This document shows positions 48,715 to 63,657 of a stretch of DNA of 64,000 nucleotides, piece by piece. Each line of letters opens with the position of its first letter. Position 1 is the first letter of the stretch. The stretch is taken from contig JBHGNT010000151.1 of assembly GCA_043228905.1 (NCBI GenBank), positions 1 through 64,000 of the forward strand, given 5' to 3'. The stretch is from Azolla caroliniana (lineage: Eukaryota > Plantae > Polypodiophyta). The notes beneath the pieces were generated by a model. The model was not told the DNA's origin. It did not search any database and saw only the letters and a program-made list of their open reading frames with translations. The position numbers and the translations under genes are program-made.

Positions 48715-50229
48715 TGGGCAGTTTCATAGCAGCCAGCCCGTTTCATCGAGCCTCGGAAGTCAAGGCGGCCATTCTATCTACAAGATTTTCTGTCAATTCC
48801 TGCAGACTGTTCAAGGAAACTCGTGGGGTGGGTTCCTGCTTTCCCTCAATGCCGAGCTGCTCTTTACGGCCCGGTAAGAATTCAATAAATTGAGTAGTTG
48901 CACCTGCTGGTATAATAAGATATCCGTCTGAACTCCTACATCAATACCATCCATGTCGGTCTGGGTCGCAACATCAATAACATCATCCACACCTTGATCC
49001 TTACTACCTTTCTCAAGAGGTTGGTTGTCGGCAACGTCGTTGTCAGAGGCCTATCAAGTGACATTATTTCATTGACTACTTTTTTCCGCCGCTAACGGCC
49101 AACGAAAGAAAGAACTGCCATAAATATCAAGAACAGACCTTGTGTTGGCAAAGAAAGCCAACGCAAGTCCCTCTAATGCTGCTTTGAAGGCATTTTCTTG
49201 AAACCTATCTTAGTTGACGAAACGAAGCCGTATATCCTTCGTCTCCTAGCTAAAATCTTTGGAATCATCATATTACTTTTACCAGGAGTAGTCTTTCCAG
49301 TGTCAGTCGAACGTAAAGTCATGGCTTCCATGTAACGTTGAAAGGGTCTTAATGTGGTGGGATCATCTGGGTTGTTATAACTCTTAGCGGATGGTTTGAA
49401 ATCAATTTTAAAAGAACCTATTCCACCTCCAAGTGCTAATTTCTTTCTTTCTGTAATGGTTCTGGTAATTACATCTACGGTGCGCCGTGCGAGGCTCGTT
49501 TTCTTTCCGGAAGAATACCCTTCTACAACCAACATAGATGTTTGACTTGGAAGTATATACGGCGGGCCAATACAACATCTTGGGCTAATAATCCATCGAG
49601 TTCGCGAGCAGTTAGTCGGAAAGGGGCGAAGCCGGGCAAAGCGGTTTCCCCGGTCCCCGAAGGAAGGACGGCTTAGCCCTCCTCGGTGGTGTCTCTCAGC
49701 TGATGCGAGAAAGGTTAGATTGACTCACTTGGTACGTACCTACTGCCTGAGTAAGGGCTACGTATCCCGAACAGAATACGTCAGTATGTGTGTGGCGGAG
49801 TAATCCAGGGCCCAGTTTGGGCGAAAGCCTTGACTTCCACATGAAGCGGTCAAGGTTGCCGGACAGCCAGCCACAAGTAATTCCAGCATAGGAACTGACT
49901 TAAACAATCGAGCAGGTGCGCAAAGACCTGTAACCATTGGGTGCTCTGACGGGGCGAAGCAGGGAAGTGCGTAGCGCTTACTCCGTCCTCGAAAGGCAAA
50001 GACACGAAAAGAGAGCAACCACGGGAAGTAACCGCTTCGCATTGTCTAGTAAACGATGCGCGGTCTCAGAGGTCGCATAGTAGCGAGGGAGGAATGCCAG
50101 AAACCTGGCCGAGCCGCGAAGGCAACTAGTCAGAACAAACCTTAGTTCAACGCGGCCAGTACGTATGCGGCCGGCCGGCGTTGAGAATAAGGAACAATTC
50201 TTCGAAACGGAAGGGACGGCAATACTCTC

Positions 50230-50266
<37 letters not shown>

Positions 50267-50344
50267 TTAAGGTGTTCCGAGTGAGAGCTGTATGACAAAA
50301 GATTGCCACGTACGGTTTGGAGGGCAGCATTGACTGACCCCTAT

Positions 50345-50480
50345 TTAAGTTTGGTTGCTCGGGCTGTTACACTTTCTGATTATGGTATGGTATTGTCGGA
50401 TCCAAATGTAGGTACATTCTATCTATTTGCTATATCTTCTCCAGGGGTTTATGGGATTATTACAGTGGGTCGGTCTAGTA
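50345..50480 (+). CDS. nad1: nad1 exon 2, copy 2
   Basis: Repeat copy of 13777-13912. Confidence 0.9.
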
Positions 50481-51996
50481 GGGCGGCCGTTCAGTCACCT
50501 GTGGTACTAAAGCAGCCAGCCCGGCCCGCCCATGTGGTCAAATTGTTTGTAGTGTGGAATGATCTGCTCTATACAGGGTGTAGGGCTCTTCGACAGAACT
50601 AGTAATAGGCTTGACTCGCGATTTGAAGGGTAGGGGGGGTTCTTGTGTAGGAGGCTAAAAGGGGATAGGGATACGTTCAAAGAAGTTCAGGAAGAAAGGA
50701 AGAGCATGCCGTAAAAGCATGGTTGAAGGTCGATCCTGTCTTCCCAGGGAGTACCTAACAACACCATGTGGAAGAACCAACCTTGTGGATCAGGATGAGG
50801 TGCCGTCCTAGCGAATTGAAGTCTCCTTGGGTAGCCAACGACCTACAGTTATCCTTGTACCTCTGTGCCGAGCGAACGACTGTACGCTGTCTTGTTTTCT
50901 GCCAGCTGGGATTGCTTGCCGGCCAGATCGGATTGGAGCAACCATTGCATGAAGGCACATTACCCATCCTCTTGGGGACAAGAGACTGAACGACATCCCG
51001 ATTTACTGCATTCCAGGACATCTGGGATGAGAGCCGTAGGTGATACCGGCGAAACCCAGCCAGATTTTGTTCTGGCAGGTAGTCAGAGGACTCATAGTAC
51101 CCGCCCCGAAAGGGGCCCCTCACGCACGCACGGGGAAGACGCTAGTTTTCAGGGAAGAGGAAAGTCTTTATTTCTTTTTCCACGTTGTTTTCTTCTAGCA
51201 GCAGGAAAGGAGTCTGGATGTCTGCCTAGCTTCGGCAGATTCTACTCAACGCAATCTGCAAACTCGAATCCCCGAAACCTGACTCAATGCGGAATAGAAT
51301 TGATCGTCGTTTGGTGGATCTCCAGCAAGCAGTTTTAACTAAAAGAACAGGACATACCACAAAATTCAGAGAGAGAACACGAAGCGATCGATCTGCTTAC
51401 CGAGGGCTAAGGCTAGACCGCAGGACCTGGATTTATGACGTCCGGCCCGCTCCTCTCGAGTCCTGCCTGCTGGGAACGAACCACGAGGACGACCGCCAAG
51501 AACGGGCGTACTCGAGGGGGGCCAGAACCAAGCCCAAACGGGACGGAAGGGTACGGAGCGAGGTATTATAAAGCATTGCTTTATGGCGGCCGAAGAAAAG
51601 AAAAGAAAAGAAAAGAAGCGGTTTTCATCATCATGCATGAAGGCGCGCGCGCGCGCCGGTTCATCATGAAGGCGCTGAGTCAGAATTTTCCACTCCGCTA
51701 AACTAAAGAGGACGACAGAGAAGCAGGAGACGACGAACCCCTGCAACTACGTCGGACCTCTCGGAGTGAAAAAGAAAGCCAGATGGTGGTAGACTATCAC
51801 GTACGGCTTTGCCCTCCCCGCCAACCACGTGTCAATGTGCCTCTACGGAAGGAACATCGACGGGCGGGTTTCCCGGGCGATCTAAAGCAAGTTGTTGGGG
51901 TAGAGAGCCGTATGCGCGGCGACGTGCTCGTATGGTTCGGAGAGGACTCAGCGTACACTGATCCTGTTGATTGGTGGAAAAGCAGCTTCACTCCTT

Positions 51997-52330
51997 ATTC
52001 CAAATATGCTTTTTCAGGAGTATCATGATTTGCCGTCTAAATGGTTTTGTACGAAGTATCTATTGGTCCTATTATCATTACTGCACTAATTTGTGTAGGT
52101 TTTTGTAATTTTAGTGAGATTGTCATAGCGTAAGAGCAGATATGGTTTCGCATTCTCTTGTTCTCCGTATTGATTCTGTTTTCTATCTTTCGCTCAGTAG
52201 AAACTAATCGAGCTCCGTCTGATCTACTAGAAGTAGAAGTTGAATCAGTCGTGGGCTATAATGCGGAATATCTTTTAATGGGATTTGCTCCCTCTCTTTC
52301 GGGAGAATATGCTAATACGATCTTAATGAG
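51997..52330 (+). CDS. nad1: nad1 exon 3, copy 2
   Basis: Repeat copy of 15429-15762. Confidence 0.9.
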
Positions 52331-53788
52331 GTGCGGAGCCTTGCATCCGACATTCGTTGGGCTTCCGCTCCCTGCAGGAGCCAGCGTCCCCTCAAGGGCT
52401 TTGTGCAGTAAACTCCTCCGGGCGACGATCTGAAGACTAGTAGGTCCCGCGAAGCTTTCGAAGAGGGGTAGCCTGGTGTGTAAGCACAGCAATGAACCGC
52501 GAACCCGTCGGACGACCTATCTAAGATTAGGAGGATATCTCAGGTGGTTATCCCGCAACTCTTCCCCAGACCTATACTATCGAATGCTCATATGGGAAAG
52601 TGCGCTCTTAGGTCTGGAACCAGGGAGGGTTGCTCCGAGAAATCCCTTCTCGTTTCCTCCAGGGGGTGCGGACACACTTGCACGGATTACAGGTGACGGC
52701 TACAAAGATGGCGGGGAAGGAAACAGTACCCGACATCCAGGGATGAATGTAAACTCATTGGACAGGGGTAATCATTCTGGTCCTGGGAGAGAAGACTCAC
52801 CAACAACAGTGGTAGACACTAGTCTGAAAGGCTAGCAAAACAGAATCACCGAGACAACGGCAGCCCCATGTACTCCTGTTGCGGACGAGAGACTGCTTGC
52901 TTGCTTGCTTGCTACTGGCGTCCCATGAGCAAATTGAGTCTGAACCAGGCGACTTAACCCCCAGCGAAGAGGGATTTCTGCTGAAAACTTGTTCGTTACG
53001 TTACGTTAAAGGGGATCTTTTTGGAATGGTCGGAGAAAGACTCGCTGCGCCTCTTGTCAGGCGCCTTGCTCGAGCCCGCGGGAGAAGTGATGGTACTGTT
53101 TATTTCCAAAAATTCGTTCTCGGAGTCAGAAGGTAAAGCACCGTATCTCACAGCTCCCTACTAACGCTCCGCTATCAATTCCAAGTTAGAGGAGGGAGGA
53201 GTACCCTGGTCTGGTAGCCAACCCACTTTAATGCTATCGCATTCTCTCTGCTGGGTTAAAACCTAAAGAAAGTGTGCTTATCAGCAGCAAGCACAAACCC
53301 GGTTGGTTGTTTTCAGCTGCCCTTTCTGTAGGTTGAGTGGCTTCAATCTCTCCCCCCGGCAGGCAGGCAGGCAGGCAGGCAGGAACTTTCTCGCTCGGCC
53401 TTTGACCACCTACCTCTCATTGTTCTCCTGGGGACTCACTCACTTTAGAGATTTTTCTCCGTCTATGCGGGCTCTAAGCCGATGAACCGGTTCATCATGA
53501 AGGCCTTCATGATGAAAAAGGGGTTGGCGGGTTTGATGAACCGCCTTGTAGGCCAGCCTGAACTGTAAGTCGATCCCACTCTGCTGCTGCTGTGCCAACC
53601 ACCACCGAGACATCCATGCGAGAGAGAGATCGGATTCGAAGACCTAAACGTTGCATTGGTTGGAGAAGAGGAAACTCAATATTCCCGGGACGGAGCCGTA
53701 TGACGCGAGAGTGTCACGTACGGTTCTTTGAGAAGGGTGTGGATACACCTATTGGGCTAAGGGCCACAGAGCCGCGCCCTCACTCTCC

Positions 53789-54047
53789 TAGTCTATGTAC
53801 ACCGCCTTTCCCGGGAGGTTGGCCATCCATTTTAGATCTTCCTAGTTTCCAGGGAATTCCGGGCTCAATCTGGTTTGGCACAAAGGTTATTTTCTTTCCG
53901 TTCGTATATATATGGGTTTGCGCAGCATTTCTATGACATTGTTATGATTAACCAATGAGACTTGGACGGAAAGTCTTCCCGCCTTTATCATTAGCTCGGG
54001 TAGTTTCTGTATTCGGCGTTCCAGTAGCCTTTGACTGGCTACCTCAA
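53789..54047 (+). CDS. nad1: nad1 last exon, copy 2
   Basis: Repeat copy of 17221-17479. Confidence 0.9.
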
Positions 54048-54509
54048 TGAATTGAGCATACTGTGATGTTGAACGTCATAATTAATGGGGTTCTGGTCGG
54101 AAGAAAACGGCGTCCAGACCCCTCTCACGCACGCCCGCCGATGGAAATTTCGTAAACAGAATGCCGCCTTGCGATCGTCCGATCGATGCTTCTTCGAGGG
54201 TGAGAGCACCGACCGGGAAAATAAAAGGAGGAAAGAACCGATACCCCAGCTACTACGGCGCGCGCCTCCCAGATCACAACAATATCTTCTTCTTTTGCTA
54301 GGCTTACGGCAGACGCCCTCGGCATAATCGCAATGGACGGCCCTAGGTACGGTAGTGGCGAGTCCAGGTTGCTTGACCTAAACGATTTACCGCCAACCGA
54401 AAGGTAATCGTTCGGTTATGTCAAGGGGTGAGTGCTGTGTCAAGCGGGCGGATGCATGATGAACGCTTTTCGGGGCCGCACGCAGAAGGAAAAACACAGA
54501 TTGCGAAAT

Positions 54510-54890
54510 ACGCCTACCATAAATTAATTGCTTCGTCATTGTAGAAGGGCAAAACGTCACAAAACATGTACTTGAGCTTCGAATTAATGTCTCTAAAAGT
54601 TTGGGGTACGCCCGCGTGTTTCGACAAGAACACTAAAAAAACCTAATCTGGCTTTATGCAAGATAGCCAAGGCACGTTCAAGCAATTGAAGGAATATCAT
54701 TGCTCACATCTTTGGCGAGGGTTATAATTCATAGGAGCATCCTGCGGTTACGGCTAGAGGAGGTAGAGTGAAAGATTCGTTAGGTGTGAATTATCATCGT
54801 ATTCGAGGAGTTAAAGATTCGTAGGGAATCCCGGATTGAAGATGAGGCAGACTAAAACATGGTACAGAGAAACCTAAGAATTCGATACGA
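54510..54890 (+). CDS. rps12: ribosomal protein S12, copy 2
   Basis: Repeat copy. Confidence 0.9.
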
Positions 54891-55579
54891 ATAAAAAGGT
54901 CAAATCAGGGAATGGTTGCTTTTCTCGCTCATCGCCTTCAGACCGGTTTAATTTTTCGGGAAGACTTTCAGAATGACCGGCGGAAACTTTTGGAACGGAA
55001 AGCCATCCGCTTCGATCCCATTGCAAATATTTCTGCGCCCATCTAGCAGGGCTTTTGTCACCCAGACCCAAGGGAGGCCGTGAAGGAAGCACATACAGCT
55101 GCTCGGAGAGATTAAGCTACATCTGGGGAGTGGATAATAAACAAAAAAGATTAATCAAGAAATTAGTCCACTTTTGTATGATTGATGGTAAAAGAACAAA
55201 ATCTCGTGTTATTGTTTCCTAAACTTCTTCTCGTCTTTCCTGAACTGAACCCGATGTTCATGTTATCACACTCCTGGCTAACGCCATAGAGAATGTCAAG
55301 CCTACTCGCGAAATCAAGAAAGTGAGAATCGCAGGGACTACTCGTAATGTACTCAAGATTATTGCCAAAGAACGTTAAGAAACCTTAGCTTTTCGTCGGA
55401 TCATGGAAGCAGCTGTCAAATGACGTACTATGAGCAGAAATAGCCAGAGCTTGGATTAATGTTCATCTGCTGAGATACCGGATGCTTATCAAAGAAAGGG
55501 AAATGTTCGTAAAAGAAGGGATGATCTTCATAAACCGGCAGAGGCCAATAGAAGTTTCGCGCATTATAGGTGGCGGTGA
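54887..55579 (+). CDS. rps7: ribosomal protein S7, copy 2
   Basis: Repeat copy. Confidence 0.88.
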
Positions 55580-57558
55580 ACCATTGAAAACATGTAATGA
55601 GCTGGGGTCAAGAGCTGTTAGACACTTTAGCAGCACACACCCTACATCGCAGAATCGAGTAATTGGTAATCCATCGTTCGAATGCTTAATGATTCTAATA
55701 TTGACAATGAGACCTGCCAAAAAAAAAGAAAGCGAGAATTCGATTCTGGTGTGAATTTGGTGCTACGTGAATTTAATGAAGAAAGTTCGCACTCCCTTCC
55801 CTACTGATAATTGGGGGCATCTGAGCCCGCCCCTCGGACATGGGGGCACAAAAGCAGCACAAAAAGCACTATACCCTCCCTGTCTAACTTGTTAAAAAAC
55901 AACGGAGTAAGTCTTTGCCGGCATTGTTAAGTCATTGGAAAAAGACACCTAACAACAATGAAGATTCGTTTCCAGAGAGTTTATTCACCGTTGCTCCTGG
56001 AGAATACTCTGCAAACAACAAACCGTGCGTGCCCTTTCAAGGTTAATCTCAACGATGAAGCGGCTAGCTCGACTCCATCGATCCTGTGTACAATGTCTCA
56101 GATTACAGGCCTTCGCTGTGGCGGAACTTGATGACCTGGACTGCGAAGAGCCCTATAGTGACGGCGATAGCGAAGCAGAGGTTGAAGAATTTCTTTTGCC
56201 TGCTTCTAACTTTATTATCAAGAATAATGTTCTGGCGGTCAGCGTTAGATAAATCTCATAAGAAATATATTCAAATAGGAATTTGTACGTTCAAACCGTG
56301 CGTGTGCCAATTGCTCGAAGAAGCAAAGGTTAAGCTTGAAGCCGAAGAAAAGAGAGGTAAGGAAAGATTAATGATAAGCGATGGATTGGGCCAAACAAAT
56401 TCGGCGGATTTCTTGAGAAGGAAGGAATACTTGCAAAAAATGATCGAACAATTTGTTGACGAGAGATCAATCTATAATAACTCGCTGGACCTTTTTGATT
56501 GATAAGCTGACCAACAAAAGGCAAACCAACATGCAGGATAGGTTTATTGCGCACTTCAAGAAAGATAAAGAACTAATAGACATTTTAACGTCCTTCGATG
56601 TATATACGATTGAAATACTTACGATATTTTAGAATCTTTATTGTTAGATTGTTTATTAATAGGGATTGCCTCTTTTCCAGAGTCTAAATTATTATTATTA
56701 AAATCTTTACCGTCAGATTGTTTATCAACAGAGATTGACCCAGACTCAGATTTTCTTGAGTCTGAATTAATCGAAAAACAAAATAGCCACGGCCTTTACC
56801 ATTAAACTTACATTATAACACTTTTTTTTCAATTTCAATATCTCATTTTCTAATGCTATTGTATGACAGCAGAAAAATTGCGGTATAAATGAAAATATTA
56901 TTAATACAAAGAAAACCTTGTTTTCTTCTTTGATCAAACAAACTCATATCTTTAAATAATAAACGAATTCTAGTTTGAATAGAATCTAAAGCTACTTTTG
57001 CTTTCATTCACCAAAAGCAGCTGCTTTGGTTGCGTTGGTTGTTAACCATTTTAAGAGAGTGTATAAGGACCTACCACTCTATACGGCGGTGTACGATTGC
57101 TTCATATCAAACTACAAAGTATCTTCACTATTACCAGATCTATATAAATCAACCCTGTTCGGGTCTTTAGGTTGTCCGATGGCAACCAAAGCGTCTTTCT
57201 ATTGTTCCCCGAACCATTCGAACTCTTTTACCAGATTCTTGGCAGTCCCTTTCCCAAAGAAAGTTGGGAAGTGCAGTCTCTGCAGGCAGGCAGTTAGCCC
57301 CTCGGGTCGTTCAGTCTCGAAGGTATGGTTCGGGCTTCGTTCGTTTCTTGTGACCAGATTCATTGGTTCGAGGCTACGTACGTTGGATCGGGTTCGGGCC
57401 CTAAAATATGTGATTGGGTAATTACGATGGCTCGTATACACGTTCGAGGATCACTCTCCAGGCGACGGAGGACTGCTTAGTGATTGAAGGGAGAGAAGAA
57501 ACCCATTTGATTTCTCACTAGAGGCCTAATGATTGCATAACTCTGAGGTTCCAACTGC

Positions 57559-57644
57559 TACGGATAGAGGGATTTGAACCCCCACGACTGAGTAAGGTCA
57601 CCAGAACCTAAACCTGGCATGTCTACCAATTCCATCATATCCGC
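57559..57644 (-). tRNA. trnL-UAG: tRNA-Leu(UAG), copy 2
   Basis: Repeat copy. Confidence 0.9.
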
Positions 57645-57771
57645 ACATCGATTCTTATTTCGAAACCACCCTTTTTCACTGCTAACTGGATAGAGCTAAG
57701 AACGCCAATGGCTCGGATGGCGTAGCAATTAGAGGAAACTGAAACACCACCCCGTATTTTTCGATTCTCCC

Positions 57772-57803
<32 letters not shown>

Positions 57804-57949
57804 ACGCGCGACTTGCTCAATGGAGCCCGCTTACGACGATCCCTTTTAACCTCTCAGGCTCTTATAGAAGGCTTATAGAATGCCTATATGCTTTCCAAAT
57901 CAAGTTAGGGTGATGGGAAAGTGGGAATGCTAACTTATGACCATACTCA

Positions 57950-58036
57950 CGGATGGAGAGGGATTCGAACCCCCGGTATCTCTCCGAATACTTCGGTTTT
58001 CAAGACCGACTCTTTAAACCGCTCAGACATCCATCC
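57950..58036 (-). tRNA. trnS-UGA: tRNA-Ser(UGA), copy 2
   Basis: Repeat copy. Confidence 0.9.
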
Positions 58037-58254
58037 CTTTCCCGACAAGATCACGAGCCATCAATAATCAACGGGAAAGCGTGCCAAGCTTTCAGGTCTT
58101 TGTAAATCGCACGCAACGCCTTCAGAAAACAAATAGGTTGTACCGCAGGGCCTCCTCTTTGGCCCCTCCGACCAGAAAGGTTAAGCGTGGTAATTGATCA
58201 TTCTATTTTAGATTGATAGGAACTAAGGCGTCCTAATAACCAAGTTTACAACCA

Positions 58255-58327
58255 TGGGCAATAACGGACTCGAACCGCTGACTCCCTCGGTGTAAACGAG
58301 GCGCTCTACCAACTGAGCTAATTACCC
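58255..58327 (-). tRNA. trnV-UAC: tRNA-Val(UAC), copy 2
   Basis: Repeat copy. Confidence 0.9.
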
Positions 58328-59446
58328 GGAGTGCCGGCGATACTTCGGAGTCTCGCCGGCTCTGTTTTCTGTAGGTCACATAGAAATTTATCCATTCTTT
58401 CTACGGCCACGTCAATCCGCTTCTTTTCTTGTTGGGCCGCTAGCAATTGTCTAGCTTCTGCGTTTAGTTTTTTTTTTCGCTCTCGAACGGTTACGATGAA
58501 CCGGTGCATATGGCCGGAGAACCAACCTTTGGTTCGAGATGGATTCGGCCTTCCCTTACGTCATGTTCATGGCCTTGCATTCCAATGATCACTGCGCTTC
58601 ACTTGGCTCCAGAGAGCAAGAAGGCCTAGCTAGAACAACAATCTCAGTGACAAAATTGACCTCGGCTAGAAGGTTACGTAAGTGAATTTCAGTCGGGCCA
58701 GCAGCAGTGTTCACATGTTCATAGATGCTCCAATGAAAAAGCATAAACATCACGAAGCCCGTCTAAAGTTTAGTTTTTTTCTTCGCTGAAAAGCAGCAGC
58801 TCTCGATACACTGGTGCATATGGCCGGAGAACCAACCTTTGGTTCGAGATGGATTCGGCCGAAGGGAGTGAGAACCGGCGTGTTGGCATTAACAATCATG
58901 CTCTCATCTTTCGAATCAGTCGTTACGGGGTCAATGAGCTAGCTCGTAGCTACGAGAGAGATTCCCTAAGAACAAGGTGGTTCTGGAATACGAGATAAAG
59001 CAACGAGGACAGTGGGAACAAGACCTTTTGGTGGTGGGACCCTGGACTGTTTAAGTGTTGGTCCCGGGGCACCTATCCTGGCGCATTCTTGCTTGCTTGC
59101 TTGCTTGCTGAACCCGGGTTGGCGTTAGCTAACCGCCTACCAAACTTGACCTGCTTTCATCTTGGGGCCTGACCCGCTTTATTCCTCGTCGTTGAGGGCG
59201 TGCTTGCTTGCTTGCTTGCTTGCTTGCTGGGGCACTCGACCGCAATAAAGGGAGAGAAGCTTTCACGACTTCCCACGGTGTGGCCATTACTCTCAAAGGG
59301 TAAGCTGGTTTCACCGTTATGAGCCAGTTATTGAAAAAGCGTTCGCACGCTTGTGGGGCGAAAGGCCAGAGGAGGACTCCTTTTCCCTCTTCTTGTGGTC
59401 CTTCGGACTTCAACAAAGGAACGGCGGAGTCGTAGCTCTTTGATTC

Positions 59447-60454
59447 ACCCCTAGCCACGAGTCATCCCCGTATTTTGCCACATACGTGAGTTCGGTCCTC
59501 CAAGGCCTCTGTGGAGAGCTCGATTCAACCTGCTCGTGGCTAGATCAATCGGTTTCGGGTCAAATAGAAACAACGCCGAAGATTCAACCTCGTTGCGCCT
59601 ACACCTAATGGCTTAAGCCGCTGTTCCCATTCACTCGCTGACCCATTATGCAAAAGGTACGCCGTTAGGGTGGAAAGTGCTAAAGCGAGAGCCGACAACG
59701 CGAAGCTTCGCTCAAGGGTTCGCGTATGCGAACATTAGTGGCTTTGCCTCCGAAAGCTACAGCGCTTTCTCAGCTTCGCGTATGCGTTCCATCGAACATT
59801 AGTGGCTTTGCCGCATTTTCTCAGCTTCGCTCTTCCGACTGATAGTTTGCATCGGATTTCAGGTTTTCTATTGCACTCCCGGCATACGGCGGGGTCTTTT
59901 CACTTTTCCCTCACGGTACTTGTGGTACGCTATCGGTCATTGAGGAATACTTAGGCGCGGGGGTGGTCCCCCTTAGTCACGTAAAGCGATCATTATTCAA
60001 ACACGGTATCCGCGTTTTGTAATGGTAATCAAACTTGCCAGGAAAGATCTACGGGGCTATCACCTTCTTTGGCCAGATCTTCCAACCTTTTCAGAATTCC
60101 TTGAGGAAGGGTTCCCACCCTTCCCTCTACTGCAAGTTCTCCCCCGCACGGGGCCAGGGAAAGCGGCCCTTCTGGGCTGGGGCCCCTTCCCTTTTCTTTG
60201 CCTAATCCGCTTTCGCTCGCCGCTACTAACGGAGTCTCAGTTGATTTCCTTTCCTTTAGCTACAATGATGTTTCAGTTCGCTAAGTTTCTCAAGTCCGAG
60301 GCAGAGCCGCAGCACACGGCATGCCCGGCAAGCTTGGATACGGTTTCCCGATTGGAAACCCATGGATCACAGACGGTATCTCCCCATGGCCTTTCGCCTT
60401 TGGAAGCGTCCTTCCCTCTCAATGCCCAGGCATCCATCCAATGCATTCTTTTCG
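59447..60454 (-). rRNA. rrnL: rrnL exon 1, copy 2, followed only by the 5' part of the group I intron
   Basis: Repeat copy; there is no exon 2 downstream and the transcript direction runs into trnV instead. Confidence 0.9.
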
Positions 60455-60756
60455 ATGCAGTAGGAGTTGAACCTACCGAACACCGTACAAAATCTTAATG
60501 AGTGTTCTGCGATCGCCACTCAACCTGTGACTGCTTAAAACCGAGACAAAAAGAAGCCCGCATAGATTATTATACAATAATCTTCGGACGTTTGTAAAAT
60601 GCGGAAGAAGCGCGGAAAGAATTGGTCGAGTACTTGGACAGAGGATTCATTGTTTCGACGAAAACGTCTACCAAATGACCCTGCATCCTCTGTTTTTTCC
60701 TTTACGCTCTTGAGTTCTCTTTCCGTGCTGTGCGATACGAAGTTTGTACAATCCGC

Positions 60757-60794
<38 letters not shown>

Positions 60795-61259
60795 AAGGGC
60801 TTCGTCCTTCCTCCTTTCTTAGCGTCTCGTTTAACTAAACACTTTAGATTTCCCTGACAAGTTCCCTAGCTCTCTCGAGCGTAAGAGTTGAGGAACAGAT
60901 TTTCCGATAATGCATGCCAGCCAGGGATTTACGCATCATTGGTATTGTGTGTTTACCGTTCTAATCTGTCTTCACATCCATAGCTTGCTTTTTTGCGTTG
61001 TCGTACGCCTTTTCATTGTTTCTGGCTGATATCAGATTCGCATCTGACCTTTAGGCAATCGCATATACGATTTGAAAGGGTCCGGGCTGTCGAACCACGT
61101 CTCCCGAAAATTATCAGTACATATGGCAGAAAACGCTTTTCACATATCGAGGTCGGAATGGGATCGGGTGTTTCACGTCTTACAAAGATGCCCGGACGGA
61201 ACGAAACGCTTGATTAATGAACAAAAGAGTGCTAACGACAAAAGCGGCGGGCGCCGAAC

Positions 61260-61296
<37 letters not shown>

Positions 61297-62024
61297 GGAA
61301 AGTGCAAATACAGCTGGTACTTAGCCTTCGATCGCTACCAACCTCACAAGGATGTCATCAATTCGCAGGTGGTTATTAAGTAAAAAGTGTAATATAAATG
61401 GCTACCAAACCAAAGTTCTTCTTTTGAACTTTCAAGAAGGCCTGAATATTCATGGATTATTATACGATAATCTTTAATGCGGCTCAGATTGCGGAAAGAA
61501 TTGAATGCTGGAATTTCGAAATTCCGTTGGTAAAATTCAGAAGGATCATGCAAGAAGGCAATATCATCTTCTGGCCATAATCTGCGAATCCAGCAAAGCA
61601 AAGCAAAGCAGCACTTTTCTTTTCACTTTAAACCGAGCCGGCGGCAATCTTGATGAATCACTGGCAAGAAGATGCTTTGCACTTTTCTTTCCACTTTAAA
61701 GCAGCAATCTTTGAACTCGGAAATGGCACTTTTCCCTGCAAGCCTGAAACGCACGCCTTCCCCAAAAGAAAAGCGGAACCACCTAACGAGTATTTTAAAC
61801 AGCAAGCATGATGAACCGGCATGTTCATCAAACCAAACAGGTTCTTCATGCATGCATGAAGGCCTTCATGATGATGAAAACCGCTTCATTGGAATGTCAC
61901 CGTCTCATTGACAACACGAATGATAACGAATTGACAATATGAATAGTCACGTTAGTTTCCCATTCTTAAGCATGGATTATTATACAATAATCTTCATTTG
62001 CTTTTTTACTGTTGACAACATGTA

Positions 62025-62098
62025 GTGCGGGGGCAGGGTTTGAACCCGCAGTCTTCAGGTCATGAGCCTGACGAGTTGGCCATTTACTCCACCCCGCA
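62025..62098 (-). tRNA. trnfM-CAU: tRNA-fMet(CAU), copy 3
   Basis: Repeat copy. Confidence 0.85.
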
Positions 62099-62470
62099 AG
62101 CAAGCAAGCAATTGATCTCTCTCTAGCGAATCGGAATTTATTTTAGAAAAAAAGAAGCCAGAAAATAGATTGCCATAGCCATGGGTTCAAACCTTTCCCC
62201 GAAGCTGCCGGCCGAAATCAACCGTTGCCAGTCGTTGTGTCCAACGAAGCTACGCGTAATGACTGTCCCTACCAAAAGACAAACAAACAAAGCATTTCTA
62301 TAGGAGGTAACTGGGCCAATTCCCGCAAACCACCTATAGGTTAGGTGGCGGTGATCTATCGGCTTGTTCAATTCCCGCCGTTATCCGCTCACCCGCCTAA
62401 CGCTCCTACAAACAAAAGGGAGGGTCTCCTTAGTAATTACGTGAGGGGGCCTCCTTCCCCATCTCTTGAA

Positions 62471-63657
<1,187 letters not shown>

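Larger units (their letters stand above)
47392..58440 (+). repeat. ~11.05-kb direct repeat, copy 2
   Basis: Offset of 36568 from 10824-21872. Confidence 0.95.
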
